Of a stretch of DNA of 64,000 bases, positions 30,909 through 45,769 are shown piece after piece. This DNA comes from Eledone cirrhosa. Taxonomy: Eukaryota. Positions within the stretch are counted from its first letter, which is position 1. The number at the start of each line of letters is the position of its first letter. The position numbers and the translations under genes were made by a program. The notes beneath the pieces were generated by a model. That model had not been told where the DNA came from, searched no databases, and saw nothing but the letters and a program-made list of their open reading frames with translations. The stretch lies in NCBI GenBank assembly GCA_964016885.1, contig OZ024743.1:323516001-323580000 (forward strand), written 5' to 3'.

Positions 30909-30911
<3 letters not shown>
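27585..30911 (-). mobile_element. Tigger/pogo DNA transposon, pseudogenised
   Basis: MAPKRP..RKSLTLEIKLDI (HTH), DETGLYWKKM, KDRVTLLLGGNAEG, DNAPSHP, IQPMDQ. Right terminus ..cgtatatcgaggacccagtg|ta; left TIR eroded into (TA)n. Confidence 0.88.
29617..30513 (-). mobile_element. Non-autonomous Helitron-like element nested in Tigger, with ~92-bp internal tandem repeat
   Basis: 3' hairpin cccgagcaacgccggg + CTAG|T at 29617; A|TCATAATCTATAAAGC at 30513; ~3.3 repeats at 29903-30215. Confidence 0.8.
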
Positions 30912-30939
<28 letters not shown>

Positions 30940-30942
<3 letters not shown>

Positions 30943-31359
30943 GATATTAAATAAATGGAAACTATATTTATAAAACCATATTTATTTCATTATATATATT
31001 TCAGGGATATCATATTAACAATATGTTATGCCTTCCTCAGACAAAATACAATATAGACAGTTTTATAGATAAATAGATTTGACATACCGTTCAACATCGA
31101 CTTTCAAATACAAGTCGATGTTGAACGGTATGTCAAATCTATTTATCTATAAAACTGTCTATATTGTATTTTGTCTGAGGAAGGCATAACATATTGTTAA
31201 TATGATATCCCTGAAATATATATAATGAAATAAATATGGTTTTATAAATATAGTTTCCATTTATTTAATATCGTAAATATACTCCAAATACTTGTTGAGT
31301 GCTTTTATATCAGTTATAAATATTTACTAGTTGTAACCCAACAATTTAAATATAACTTT

Positions 31360-31361
<2 letters not shown>
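30940..31361 (+). mobile_element. Fold-back cassette (family G) with HHR
   Basis: ~164-bp arms 30940-31103 / 31112-31275 with no mismatch seen, plus tail. tattttgt CTGAGGA(31175) agg..cct GAAA TATATA TA atgaaata. Confidence 0.82.
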
Positions 31362-31406
<45 letters not shown>

Positions 31407-31408
<2 letters not shown>

Positions 31409-32012
31409 TTTCGTGGATGAACGTCTACGGACAGACGTTCATCCACGAAACTCGCGAACCACGTATGGTCCCTCAAGGACTCAAGTATAGGGTACTTCAT
31501 TCAATGGAAAGTCATCACTAAGTCCAAGCCATACGCAAGGGGAAATCCGACGTGTGGCTTATGTATTGACGAACGAATAACTATCCTAAAGAGATTACGC
31601 AATAGTGATTGCCTAAACACGAGAAGTGAATTTTTCACCCGTTGTCCACACGTCACCAAACATCTATTGCATAACTACAAGGCTCCGGACGGATTCTTTG
31701 TAATTTTATTTTTAATTTTTTTATTTTATTTTCAACCTAAAAACTTTCCGGACTTTCGCAGTTATCTCCCTTACACCTCCCGCACGCTGTCTAGTATTGC
31801 TTGTGTGAAGTGACCGAGTTTCTGCTCATGCCTGTTCGTACGGTTGTTCTTCCTGTTCCTATAACCATACACATCCCGAGATGAAGATCCGCGAAGGTGA
31901 AACAATTGTTCTCGGTATGGTGAACTAACTGTTGTGTAACCACTTCTACCTAACTCGTCCCTTGGACTGAGTGCTCTACCACTACGGATATTACCTTCCA
32001 CTGTTCCACCAC
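31407..32012 (+). mobile_element. PLE 3' fragment (GIY-YIG C-terminus + pLTR with HHR-like motif) with 17-bp 5' micro-inversion
   Basis: LANHVWSLKD..WKVI..PY..CGLCIDE..LNTRSE..CPH. ccgag ATGAAGA(31881) tcc-gcgaa-ggt GAAA CAATTG TT ctcgg. Hairpin tttcgtggatgaacgtc/gacgttcatccacgaaa. Confidence 0.8.
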
Positions 32013-32013
32013 T

Positions 32014-32175
<162 letters not shown>

Positions 32176-32180
32176 ATATA

Positions 32181-32216
<36 letters not shown>

Positions 32217-32218
32217 TG

Positions 32219-32266
<48 letters not shown>

Positions 32267-32407
32267 CATACATACATACATATATATATACATACATACA
32301 TATATATATATATAATTTTATATACATATCATTTTAAAGGCATGTAGCTGAGTGGTTAGAGAATTGGATTCACAATTATGAGGTTGTGAGTTCGATTTAC
32401 ACTTTAT

Positions 32408-35400
32408 TTCACATTGTTCCTTCTACCTGGAGTTGTTGCGCATGAAGAGCAGCCTTTAATTGGGGGTCAAAACACTCCACCATTCCGTTTGAAGCAGGAT
32501 GATAAGATGTGGTCCGAATGTGTTGAGTGTTAATCATTTTTGTTAACTCCGAGAAAAGATGTGATCCGAATTGCCTACCACGGTCTGTACTAATTGTGGT
32601 TGGCACGCCATAGCGGGAAATCTATCCTGATACCAAGGGCACGAGCTATCGTGTCGGCGGTAATGTCCTTTAAGGGGGTGGCTTCAGGCCATCGCGAAAA
32701 ACGATCAATGCAGGTCAAAAGGTAATAATATCCACTACTGACTGGCCAAATCCAACGATATCGATGTGGATGTGTCGAAAACAAGCATCCGGAGTACTGA
32801 AAGTACCTAGTGGAACCAGGATGTGTCTGTGGACTTTAGATTTTTGACACTGTATGCAGGAACGGCACTAAGCAATAATTTCGCGCCTCATATTTGGCCA
32901 GAAAAATCTAGCCGTTATGAGCTTTACTGTGGCTGAAGATCCCGTGCAAAGCAAGGAACACAATTCGACGGTAAGTTTCGGGAACATAATGTCGTGGTGA
33001 ATTCGTAGATACATCGCAGGGAATCTGCCTGTCGGTAGTCGACAAGGGCAGATATTTTAGGTTGCAAGTCGCAAATTCGGCTGATGAAGTATCCAACGAT
33101 TCGAGTGCAGGTTGGTCTGCTGCCAAACGACTTAAATCGATCTCCTGGGATGACGAAATCGAGCTGATTGGCAAACGTGATAAGGCGTCTGCAGCTGTAT
33201 TTAGTGAGCCAGAAATGTGCTGGATATCATTGGTAAACTGCGAAATGTAATCGAGGTGCTTTGTCTCTCTGGGCGGATATCTGTCGGCTTTACCCCTCAA
33301 AGCGAAGGTCAGAGGTTTGTGGTCAGTGAAAACCGTAACATTTCTTCCCTCAAGAATACGAGAAAAATGTTTCACCGACAGATATATGGCTAATAACTCC
33401 CAATCAAACGTGCTGTAACGAGTTTCTGCCGGCTTCAGCTTCCTGGAGAAAAATGCCAAAGGTTGTTGGTGTTTAGCATTATACTGTTGTAAAACTGCTC
33501 CCACAGCGGTATCAGATGCATCGACACAAAGCGAAAGCTTGGCATCGGGTACTGGGTGGGCTAGCAAAGATGAATTAGCAAGTGCTGTCTTGGCAGTCTG
33601 GAAGTCTTCGAGTTGTGCTTGTGTCAAGGAAATATCCTCATTCTTCATACGACGATCTTTCAAAATCTCGGTAAGGGGAAACAGTAATTTTGCACATTGA
33701 GGAACGAAACGTCTATAAAAATTGATTAGGCCTAGGAAGTGACGCAACTGGCGAAGTGAGGTAGGCGGAGATAAATCATGTATAGCCTTAACTCGCTGTG
33801 GAAGGGGTCGAATACCCTCGGCGTCGATGATGTGACCTAAAAAATTCAGTGAAGCGGATCCGAAAACACACTTTGCAGGATTCACTCGAACGCGGTAATC
33901 CTGGAGCCGGCAAAATAAAAGGTTCAGGTGACGCATATGCTCTTCTGGAGAGGAACTAGCGACGAGAAGATCATCTATATATGCATAAACGAAGTCCAGA
34001 CCACGAGTGACCTCGTCTATGAACCGCTGAAAAGTGCTAGCGGCATTCCTGAGTCCGAAAGGCATGGTCAAAAACTCGAAGGATACGAAAGGAGTCGTAA
34101 TAGCGGTTTTCGGAATGTCTTCTTTCCTGACTGGCATTTGGTGGTAAGCTCGTACTAAATCGAGTTTGGAGAAAATCATACAACCCTGCAATGAAGATGC
34201 AAAATCCTGGAGGTGGAGAATCGGATATCTATCCGGGACGGTCATCGCATTTAATCTCCTATAATCCCCAGTGGGTCTCCAGTCGCCAGAAGTCTTGGGC
34301 ACCATATGTAAAGGGGAAGCCCAAGGACTCGTAGATGGGCGAACAATGCCCATCTGCAGCATATGGCCGAACTCTGACCGTGCTGCCTTTAACTTGTCCG
34401 CCGGTAAACGACGTGGACGTGAAAATACTGGAGCACCGGTTGTGGAAATAAAATGTTTGGTTGAGTGAGTTGGCTCGGTAACTCGAAAATTTCCATCGAT
34501 GAGCTCCGGGAACGATTCTAACAACGAATGGTAGGCGTTTCCAGCAGCAGCGATGAAGGAGGTTGGGCTAACCGTTGAAGCACCGGCTCTTCGGCCACAA
34601 ATTGAGAAACCGGTGATGTCATCCACTAGACATTGGCCTCAGACATCCACAGTCAAGGAGAAATTGTGGAGGAAATCCGCTCCTAAGATTGGGTATGGCA
34701 AGTCAGTGACCGTAAAAATCCATTTAAAATCCCTACGAAGATTTTGGAATTTGAGGGGAAGCGAGATTTGTCCGTACGTCTTTATAGGCGAGTGGTTAAC
34801 GGCCTGCAGAGTAACGGTTGACTCCACGGGGGGTATCCTTTAGGCAATGGACCGGCCAAATACTACAGGAGGCTCCTGTATCCACGAGAAGGCTCTTCCA
34901 GACAGGAGGTCCTTGATGAAGAAGTGGCGGTTTGGGTGCTTTACGCTGAGGTCGACTGCCGCCCTCAGCGAACCTCTCTGTCGTTTCCCGACTTCACAAA
35001 AGAACAAGGCTTTACACAGTGGTTCGCGTTCTCAGCAAAACGCTCGTGGTACCAGCATAACGATGAAGCTGGTGACCTGGGGCAGTGTCTGAAAGAGGTA
35101 GATCTACTGCGGCTGAGTGAGCGCGAACGAGCATTACCAGAGACCTTCAGCTGCTGTAGCTCCAGGGTGAGTTCTTGAATAGCTTTTTGCATAGCCATTA
35201 TAGCTGCGCTGTCTGCATGAGTTGCCGCGCAGGTGTGGCCTGAGCTGGGGGAGAAACAGAAGCAAGGGCCTCGCTGCCTCCAGCACCCGTGACCTCAAAA
35301 ACCTTGTCTGCAGAGGCGGCCAGTTGGTTCACAGAACATGTATCCCTAATGGGGGGCCAAAATTGCTTGAACGTTGGTCGGTAGCCGCGAGATAAACAAC

Positions 35401-36604
35401 TGCTTCAACATTGCGGTTTCCGCTACCGACCCCTCTGTTAGGTCTTTCATCCGACATAAGAGGTTCGATGGAGTGCCATCTCCTATATGCTCTAAATGGA
35501 CCAGAGCTCTAAAGCGTTTCTCGGCGGACTGTGCAGTCCGGCTGAGTATTTCAACGACTTGTAAGTAGCGTCAGTCAGTGTCTCCAATACGAGATCTTTA
35601 ATAGTTGGGAGAAGTGCCGGAGGAATGGCACTAAGGACGAGGGGACATTGCTGTGCCTCAGCGATGTTGTTAGCCTCGAAAAATGCTTCCATTTGAGCGA
35701 ACCATAATTTCACGTCGCCCGTATAAGTAGGGAGAATAGTTTGAGCTACCATTGGTGCAATCTCAGTAAGCGGCAAAATGCGTCTCCGTAAAGAAAAATA
35801 CCTCGAACACAAGGGAAAAAGAAAATAAACCCACTTGCTTTTTTATTTCTTTTCTTCAAACAACCGGACAGGAAAAAGAATGTATCCGAAATATTATGTA
35901 AGTGAGCGACTAAGCAAACAATGGCATTATCAATACATCTACAGAGAACTTAAAGCAAAAACCAACATGGCACACGGTTTCGCGCCAAAGAAATGTTGAA
36001 GAAGAAAGCCGCCATCTTCAAAAATTTCAGCAAAGGAAAAAAAAAAACCGTCAAACACTTCTTTTTTTTTTAATTTTTTTAGTGGTATATTTTCCATATA
36101 CCAACGTCTGGGTCACCACTTTAACGGGGGTGAAATTTCGTCGATTTTATTTAGTGTTTACTTTATTTGGTCATCAATTTAGGAATAAAGTAATTAAATG
36201 AAACATGCTGAAATATCTCACACGAGTGTCTATAATTGTCTCATCTTTATTGTTATGAGTGCGTGTTACAACTTGGAAATAAGACATACCTTTTGAAATA
36301 ATATAATATGTATAATTGGTATTATTAGTTGTAGCATTGGCGACGAGGTGAGAGAAAAAGTTAGTCTCCACATGGTGTTATTGGTTTTCCGTTCCGAAGT
36401 TGAAGTCGCCTGACAGAGAATTGCTCTTAATATGTTCACTCCACATGGTGTGGGTAAAATGAAAAGTGGGAGAAGGCAAAATTACATCTTAACTCCTGGA
36501 CGGCTAGCTTTGAAAGATAGCGGGTACTTTCAGTTTCTCAATTTATAGTCTCCATGGGATGTAACTCTCATTAACTGTCCTTCTCGACCTAAGGGGTCAC
36601 TACA
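32408..36604 (-). mobile_element. Ty3/Gypsy LTR retrotransposon, 3'-truncated
   Basis: Putative 5' LTR ~36121-36604 starting TGTAGTG; PBS-like tggtgacccagacg ~36105-36118; gag fragments; protease VDTGA; RT-RNase H; partial integrase [15 protein letters not shown] and TTSYHPASNG. Confidence 0.9.
32908..34626 (-). CDS. Gypsy pol fragment: reverse transcriptase + RNase H
   Basis: 572-aa ORF with [49 protein letters not shown]. Confidence 0.88.
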   Translation of the reverse strand: MDDITGFSICGRRAGASTVSPTSFIAAAGNAYHSLLESFPELIDGNFRVTEPTHSTKHFISTTGAPVFSRPRRLPADKLKAARSEFGHMLQMGIVRPSTSPWASPLHMVPKTSGDWRPTGDYRRLNAMTVPDRYPILHLQDFASSLQGCMIFSKLDLVRAYHQMPVRKEDIPKTAITTPFVSFEFLTMPFGLRNAASTFQRFIDEVTRGLDFVYAYIDDLLVASSSPEEHMRHLNLLFCRLQDYRVRVNPAKCVFGSASLNFLGHIIDAEGIRPLPQRVKAIHDLSPPTSLRQLRHFLGLINFYRRFVPQCAKLLFPLTEILKDRRMKNEDISLTQAQLEDFQTAKTALANSSLLAHPVPDAKLSLCVDASDTAVGAVLQQYNAKHQQPLAFFSRKLKPAETRYSTFDWELLAIYLSVKHFSRILEGRNVTVFTDHKPLTFALRGKADRYPPRETKHLDYISQFTNDIQHISGSLNTAADALSRLPISSISSSQEIDLSRLAADQPALESLDTSSAEFATCNLKYLPLSTTDRQIPCDVSTNSPRHYVPETYRRIVFLALHGIFSHSKAHNG

Positions 36605-36806
36605 CTCAGAATACGGTCGATTGAACAGGGATTTCGAAACTAGATATAGGTAGTAACTTAACCACTACCATGCTAGTCGGTACATCAAACTCGATCAATC
36701 AATGGGCCCTCTGAAACGATCATAAAACAATGAACTAACTATCTACCTATACCTAACTTCTGTTTTTTTATTGCACTATGTACAAAAACACACACACACA
36801 CACACA

Positions 36807-36927
<121 letters not shown>

Positions 36928-36983
36928 CATCGAGGTTGACCATACGGAATGACCAGTTCTATCCAGTGGTGAACCAACAAACC

Positions 36984-37046
<63 letters not shown>

Positions 37047-37066
37047 GTATATGTATATATATCTAT

Positions 37067-37407
37067 ATCATCATCATCATCATCACTTTACGTCCGCTTC
37101 TCCCTGCTTGCAGAGGTGGGACGGGAACTGATTCTGGCTTGATTTCTACAGCTGGATGCTCTTCCTAACACCAACCTCATTTACAGTGAGTACTGGGTAC
37201 ATTTTTCCGTGGCGCCTACATTCCACTTTACAGTGTGGGCTGGGTGCTTTTTTTCCGTGGCACCTCCACGACCACTTTGCAGTGGAATGATAGGGACCCC
37301 AGTCCCTATCATCTCATTTCTACAGGTGAGTAAACTGGAGCAATGTGAAATAAAGTGTCTTGCTCAAGGAAACAGCACATCACCCGGTCTGAGAATTGAA
37401 CTCACAA
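37067..37407 (-). mobile_element. CORE-like SINE (family 2) joined to an RTE-derived 3' tail
   Basis: 37310-37407 is the reverse complement of the CORE-like part of 47099-47241. 37067-37285 matches the 3' UTR and (GAT)n tail of the RTE at 48992-49262. Confidence 0.7.
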
Positions 37408-37566
37408 CGGTTGCAACGTTTTTCGAAATATTTACTTCTGCGTTCACAGATTGATTTTTTTTAGTTTCAGAAGATCCCGTTAAGTATATATACATATATA
37501 AGTATTAACTATATAGGTATAGGTGTTAATTATATATTTAGAGTAGGGTTAGGCGTGTATATATAT

Positions 37567-37935
37567 TGGATTGGCAGTATCGGTAGAGGGTCGGACGCCG
37601 TACTTTGACGCATAGAGTTACGGCCCTTGCCATTCTGAGTTCAAATCGCACCGAGGTTAACTTTGCCTTTCATCCTTATGGGGTCGATAAAATAAAGTAC
37701 CAGTAATACACTGGGTAATTGCTGGCCTTGTGCCCAAAGTAGAAACAATTATATATATATTATTATTATTGGAGGATTGGCAGTATCAGTAGAGGGTCGG
37801 ACGCCATGCTTTGCAGCGATGAGTTACGGCCCTTTATGGTCTAAGTTCAAAATCAGATCCTTACAGGGTCGATAAAATAAAGTACCAGTAATACACTGGG
37901 TATTTGCTGGCCTTGTGCTAAAAGTAGAAACAATT
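37567..37935 (+). mobile_element. Two tandem family-1 SINE copies
   Basis: 37567-37750 and 37773-37935 each start ggattggcagtatc and end agtagaaacaatt. Confidence 0.82.
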
Positions 37936-38024
37936 ATATATATATTTATAATACACGCCTATACATACATGTATAAGGATGCATGGCATGGTTATTATAT
38001 ATAAATATATAGAGTTAATACGTA

Positions 38025-38130
38025 TATGTATACCACACACACACATATATATAGTTAAGATAGGTACTCATTTCGGAAAAAGAACTTTTCTTTTTTCAAA
38101 TTCCGTCCCTTACATTGGTTCGCTATTCTA
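38025..38130 (-). repeat. Right long inverted terminus (partner of 13020-13110)
   Basis: gtactcatttcg...caaattccgtcccttacattggttcgctattcta. Confidence 0.6.
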
Positions 38131-38729
38131 GAAGTTTACCGAACAGAATAACATACGTCAACATAAATCGACATTGATTTCTGTACAAGAATTCACTATC
38201 CTTCTTGAAAACTTCTCGGTTTTTCAGCGTAGACTGAATTAAGACCGGGAGAGTAGCCTCCCTTTGACTGGTGGCATCAATATTTAATACTGAGAGCATA
38301 CATATCTAGAAATAATTATTCGGTAAATGACTAATGTGTATGTATATATGTATATATTGTTATATTTGAGGAGGGTCATATTATTATATTTCCAAATATA
38401 ATAATTATTTGTTTCAACACACGATTTCATATTTAAAAAAACCTTGCAAAAGAAAAAAAAGAAAAAGAAAAAAAAGAAGGGCCGTAACTCTTTGCTGCAA
38501 AACATGGCGTCCGACCCTCTACTGATACTGCCAATCCACCAATAATAATAATATATATATATCTAGGGCGGGTAAAATACTCGAGATAAAGAAGAAACCG
38601 ATCAACAAGATCCCAGACCTCATTCGCTTAACGAGTGTGGTGGAACTCGTTAAATCGGACCAAGGAAACAACGTTCCCGTTGGTCTTTCCAATTGCTAAT
38701 ACTATCTGTCGGTCGCAACTCCGGTTAGA

Positions 38730-38850
38730 AGGAGAAACGTGAAATAAAGTGTATTGCTCAAGGACATAACGCATCACTCGGTCCAGAAATCGAACACACA
38801 TCCTCACGATTGCGAACGAATCCAATTCTCCAATTCTCAGCCACACGCCT

Positions 38851-38853
<3 letters not shown>
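38730..38853 (-). mobile_element. CORE-like SINE (family 2), diverged
   Basis: gtgaaataaagtgtattgctcaagg...cagccacacgccttca. Confidence 0.65.
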
Positions 38854-38885
<32 letters not shown>

Positions 38886-38889
38886 CTTC

Positions 38890-38993
<104 letters not shown>

Positions 38994-39005
38994 CATATAT
39001 ATATA

Positions 39006-39073
<68 letters not shown>

Positions 39074-39094
39074 TACATATATATATATATACAT

Positions 39095-39254
<160 letters not shown>

Positions 39255-39260
39255 GCATAC

Positions 39261-39350
<90 letters not shown>

Positions 39351-39359
39351 GCATACATA

Positions 39360-39938
<579 letters not shown>

Positions 39939-39943
<5 letters not shown>

Positions 39944-40416
39944 AAGTTATATTTAAAATTGTTGGGTTACAACTAATAAATATTTATAACTGATATAAAA
40001 GCACTCGACAAATATTTGGAGTATATTTACAATATTAAATAAATGGAAAACTATATTTATAAAACCATATTTATTTCATTATATATATTTCGGGGACATC
40101 ATATTAACAATATGCTATGCCTTCATCAGACAAAATACAATATAAACAGTTTTATAGATAAATAGATTCGACATACCGTAATATATATAAATAGATTCGA
40201 CCGTAATATAAATAAATAGACACGTACTGCCAGCGTAAACCTCTTCAAATGAAGTCGGTGTTATTACGGTATGTCGAATCTATTTATCTATAAAACTGTT
40301 TATATTGTATTTTGTCTGATGAAGGCGTAGCATATTGTTAATATGATGTCCCCGAAATATATATAATGAAATAAATATGGTTTTATAAATATAGTTTTCC
40401 ATTTATTTAATATTGT
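39939..40416 (-). mobile_element. Fold-back cassette (family G) with HHR
   Basis: Arms ~40029-40181 / ~40264-40416; CTGATGA at 40316, GAAA at 40354. Homologous to 30940-31361. Confidence 0.82.
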
Positions 40417-40521
40417 ATATATATATATATATATCTTACGTTAAATATTTTTCATCTTGACGTAATAGTCACTTATATGTCTGAATTACTGTTGGCTTCT
40501 TGCTTACATTAATTTCTCTAT

Positions 40522-40627
<106 letters not shown>

Positions 40628-40725
40628 TATATATATATATATGTATATATATATGTATATATATATGTATATATATATATATATGTATATATATATGTAT
40701 ATATATATATATATATGTATATATA

Positions 40726-43300
40726 TTGAATTTGATAATAGTACCAAACTAGCTAATTTCTTGGATGTATCTCTTAATCTTGACACTGGCCTATATTACC
40801 CTTACCATAAAAACAATGAGAATCTTAATTATGTTAACTTTAAATCTAACCATCCTACCAATATCAAGAATGCTATAGTTAATAATATTGGAAATAGAAT
40901 ATCTAACATATCTTCTAATAAAAACATCTTTGATGCTAACGCCAATTACTATAATAACGCACTTTCTAAAGCCGGCTATCCAGATAAAATCAAATATAAT
41001 AAAGAAACAAATTCTAGGAAAACTTACAGTAGAATATTTAATCATAACCATTCCAATAATTTTAATAAAAGACCTAGATACAAAAACATAATCTGGTATA
41101 ATGCTCCTTTCTCCATCTCTATTAATAACAATATTCCTAAATTATTTTTTAGTGCCTTAAATAAATGCTTCCCTCCCTCACATATCTATAGTAAAATATT
41201 TAACAAACACACCATTAAATTTTCGTATTCTACATCCTCCAATATTTCCAACATCATTTCTAAACACAACAACAAAATATTAAATACTAAATCTCTTCCT
41301 TCCAATATTGAATCTCATAATAACAATAATAGTACTCCTGACGTCATTGTAAACCCTAGGCTAACTTCTGTAAACCCAAATGCAACGTCAAACACAACTT
41401 CGCTAAATGTTCATAATCCAACTCTAAATCAAGAAACTATTATTCCTATTATTCCTATCGCAAACAACTTCTCCAATCCAATTCCTTCTATAGATAACAC
41501 TAGATCACTCATTAATAATCTCTCTAATTGCAACTGCCGCATTAAAAATAAATGTCCTCTCAACAACCATTGCCTCGATAAAAACTTAATTTATGAATGT
41601 AAAATTATAACTAGCACCAACTCCTTCACCTATTTTGGCTCCACTTCCACCTCTTTTAAAGCTCGTCTCTATAATCATCATTCATCTTTCAAATACAAAC
41701 TTAAAAGAACTAACACTGCTCTCTCAGAACTCATATGGTCCTTAAAAGACAAAAACATTAAATATAACATCTTTTGGAAAAAGATTTCTTCTGCATCCTC
41801 GTACTTGAACAGTTCTCTATCTAAAATCTGTAATCTCTGCCTAAATGAAAAATTTACCATTATCTCTAACCTAGAATCCATAATAAATAGACGCTCGGAT
41901 TTGTTTTCCATCTGCCTGCATAAATTCCATAGAACTTTTCACAAAGTATACAGTTAATATTCAATTCTTTATCAATTTAGAATCTTTTCTCAAAGGCACA
42001 TATACATACACCTCTTTAAAATATACCCATCTACCTTACTTTAAAGGGCATTATACACTCTATAGTACTCGTTTACTCATTTACCTCATCCTATCTTCTC
42101 GTAAAACAATAACATTTGTTTTTGACATTTTGAATATTCATCCGCAATCATTATTATTTTTTTTCCCTCTATCATAAATCTTTTTAATCTCAATTTCATC
42201 CTTAATTTATTATTATATATTTTTTTTAATATATACTCATATATTCTTTAAAATATACCCATCTACCTTACTTTAAAGGGCATTATACACTCTATAATAC
42301 CCGTTTACTCATCACCCTCATTATATCTCCTCGTAAAACAATAACATTTGTTTTTGACATTTTGAGTATTCATCCGCAATCATTATTATTTTTTCTCTCT
42401 ATCATAAATCTTTTTAATCTCAATTTCATCCTTAATTTATTATTATTTTTTTCTCCCCATCAACGAACTCATTATTAATACATATGAATTCAATATAAAA
42501 ACTCTAACTTCACATTATTTTTCTCAAATCCTATACATAAACTTTTTCTCTTTGCTAATTTTAAAATTCCTACATTTCTCCTTTTGAATATTCACCCACA
42601 ATTATTATTTTTTTTTTTTTTCTCTCTATCTCCATACATAATCTCCCTTCGTTATTTTTTTCTCTCTATCTCCATACATAATTTCTCTTCGTTAATTTTC
42701 AAATTCCTTTAATTTATACATTATCTTCCAACGGTTCCCAACCTCTCTATATTAAAACATTATATCTTTTTCTCAGTTATAAAAACTATCTCTTTCTCTC
42801 TATCACCCATCTCTCCCTTTCCACCTTCACTACTCTCATCTCCTCCCCTTTTTTTCATCCTTTCCACCCCCACCCCTCCCTAAATATAATATATTTTTTC
42901 CTCGCACATATCCTCCCTTCGTTAATTTTCAAAATTTTTAATTTATACAGTATCTTCCAACGGTTTTCAACCCCTCTATATAAAATATATCTCCTCTCTA
43001 TTATAAAAACTATCTCTTTCTCTCTATCACCCATCTCTCCCTCTCATCTCCTTCCCTTTTCATCCTTTTCTCTCCCCCCCTCTCTAAATAAAATATTTTT
43101 CCCAATATCACACATCAATCTAAAACCACTTTTCATATGTTGATTTAAAACTGCACTATCAACAAGTGTTTTTTTTAGCCTTCATATCATGTTCTCCTGT
43201 TTTATCTGATGAAAACACAAATATTATTGTTTGATGATGTTTGTTTTTGAAATGCGCATAATAAAATATATTGAACTCCTTTAACCATCTTTTGATCTTA
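40726..43300 (+). mobile_element. Penelope-like retroelement, 5'-truncated, uninterrupted RT-thumb/GIY-YIG ORF part, 3' pLTR with HHR
   Basis: [46 protein letters not shown] to stop at 41957. gttttat CTGATGA(43206)..GAAA TGCGCA TA ataaaat. Confidence 0.9.
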
Positions 43301-43349
43301 TATTATATATGTATATATATATATGTATATATATATGTATATATATATG

Positions 43350-43383
<34 letters not shown>

Positions 43384-43389
43384 CGTGTG

Positions 43390-44929
43390 TGCTCCCCACC
43401 CGTATCAATACTACTGGTACAGCCTGCTATAAAAAAGACGTATATGGACCCACACATAATGTTTAAATACACACATCGATACATATGAAAATAAAACAAT
43501 ATATGAGAAAGAAAGAAATGTTGTTTAAATGAAAGAGAAAGAAAGAGGGAGGGGTTATCAATTATAAATTAACACTAGAGAAAAAGAAAACAAACATAGG
43601 TTCGCACGTACGCACACATACATATACAAATATACATATATATGAATACGTACAGGCAAAAGCGCATGCATACGTACATACATACACACGAAGCACACAT
43701 ATATATACATATATCGGCACACGTATATCTAAGCACACGTACGTACGCGACTATATATATACATATATGCATACACACACATACATACATATACATATAT
43801 ATATATATATATACACGTACTTATACACATACGTTCACCCACATACACACACTCGTATAAATATAGATATAAAAACACATATGCTCACACATATAGACAC
43901 ACACACGTATACATACGGAGGCGCATGCACACTCACACGCATTACAAATTATAAACCAGCCATATGAAAAAAAGAAATACAAATATAAAAGCGGCTGCGA
44001 AACAACAGGATATATCTGAAGTTGAAAACGCAAGTGACAAGTGATATCAGGTAGTGAAGGAAAATGGAGAAGTAAAGTGTGAAATGTGAAGATATTAGGT
44101 AAGTTAATCAAAAAGTAGGGAGGGGGGGTCACTTGTGGATGTGAAGTAAAAATAAAAATAAAAATAAAAATGAAAAAAGTTAAAAATGAAAGTAAATCAG
44201 AAAGAGAAGTCTGTAAAGAGGATAATTTAAGGAAAGTGAAGAACAAGAGTTTATGGAGGATAAGTATCTGAAAGTGAGTTAAGTTTATATGAGCTGGAAA
44301 GCAAGTGTGATTTCATGTGTGGGCAACTGGTGAAAATTTCTGTTTTTGTATTTAGGCAGGTTTTTGGTGATTTAAGGTTCTGTAAAATTTAATATTTTTC
44401 ACTTATGCAGAGTGTGCATCTTCTTGTTCCTCTTGCATATTCTTTAGATTGGTTCAAAATTGACCAATCCAATTTATATTGGATACCTTGGTCTTTCAAA
44501 TCCCATATTCTGCTAGCCAGAGCTGTTGTAAATCTTTTTTCTGGATGTCGGAAAGATGCAACATGTGAGTAATAACGCGTTTTGAATTTGTCTTGTGTCA
44601 TACCTACATATCGTTCGCTGGTGGCTGGTAGGTTGTTGCTGATGGTTGTCACTTTAGCCGCATATACAATGGCTTTGGTGTTGTATTTACCTTGTAATGG
44701 GCACTCACTTTTGACTCTTTTGAGGAGATTTTTCAAATATTTCACTATGTGTTAAATTGCCTTGTCCGATGAACGAATGAGGACGTTTTTCGTATTCGTC
44801 TTATTCGGGAAACCTCTGGTAATGAGGTAATTATATTGTATTGTTTATTATACATTAAATTTAGCTCTGGTACTTACATAGAGCACTCTTCACTCCTATG
44901 ACTTTTTCAATTTTCAAACGGAAACTTCA

Positions 44930-44930
<1 letters not shown>
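43390..44930 (-). mobile_element. PLE 3' fragment (GIY-YIG) with an oppositely oriented pLTR/HHR at its 5' junction
   Basis: CPLQGK..IVY..YVGMT..FKTRY..H..CTLCISEK (44290-44730). + strand aattgccttgt CCGATGA(44766)..GAAA CCTCTGG TA atgaggtaatt. Confidence 0.8.
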
Positions 44931-44975
<45 letters not shown>

Positions 44976-45170
44976 GAAATCCATATGAAATCCAAAGAGG
45001 GCCCGATAAGGATAACTATATATCAAATATATAAGAACCCTAGAGCAAATATTTATTAAAATAACAGATTAAAGTTTAAGCAAAGAATCGCTGCTTTCAT
45101 CCTTAACGGGATCTTGAAGATCCCATTAAGGGTGAAAGCAGCGATTCTTTGCTTAAAATTTAATCTGTTA

Positions 45171-45178
<8 letters not shown>
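44976..45178 (-). mobile_element. Fold-back cassette (family B), same pLTR as the PLE at 5986-8768
   Basis: Arms 45054-45115 / 45117-45178 with a 1-nt loop. Tail 44976-45053 is the reverse complement of ~8680-8750. Confidence 0.8.
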
Positions 45179-45250
<72 letters not shown>

Positions 45251-45274
45251 TAGTAAGTGTGCAATTGGATTGCG

Positions 45275-45415
45275 TTCAGACCATAAAACCTGCTTATTTC
45301 CCGGTGTAAGTATTGTTCCACTCTAGCATGCCTCGTTTTATACTCCTGGGGAGCTAATATTTTGCAGCCTGAAACCAGGTGATCAATTGTCTCCATGTGC
45401 ACATCACAAGAAATA
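45275..45415 (-). pseudogene. Zinc-knuckle fragment of an RLE non-LTR element (R4/Dong-like)
   Basis: C..ETIDHLVSGCKILAPQEYKTRHARV..YLH..I..YGL. Confidence 0.65.
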
Positions 45416-45538
45416 TAATTACAAATGATTGTGTACTCGCTTTCTCTTCTGCCAAAAGTAGTTGTTATCGTTGTTGTTGATAATGATTTGATGACATTAA
45501 GAATTAACAAAATCTAATGGTGCACTATTGAAAAGTAA

Positions 45539-45648
<110 letters not shown>

Positions 45649-45769
45649 TGAGGCAGTGACATTATTAAATTATTAACGACGTTTTGGTGACCCACAGCGA
45701 ATGTTATGTCCTAATATTTTGCACAATTTAATTAAAAGCAAATAAATATTTTTTCGTTCATGAAGTTTT

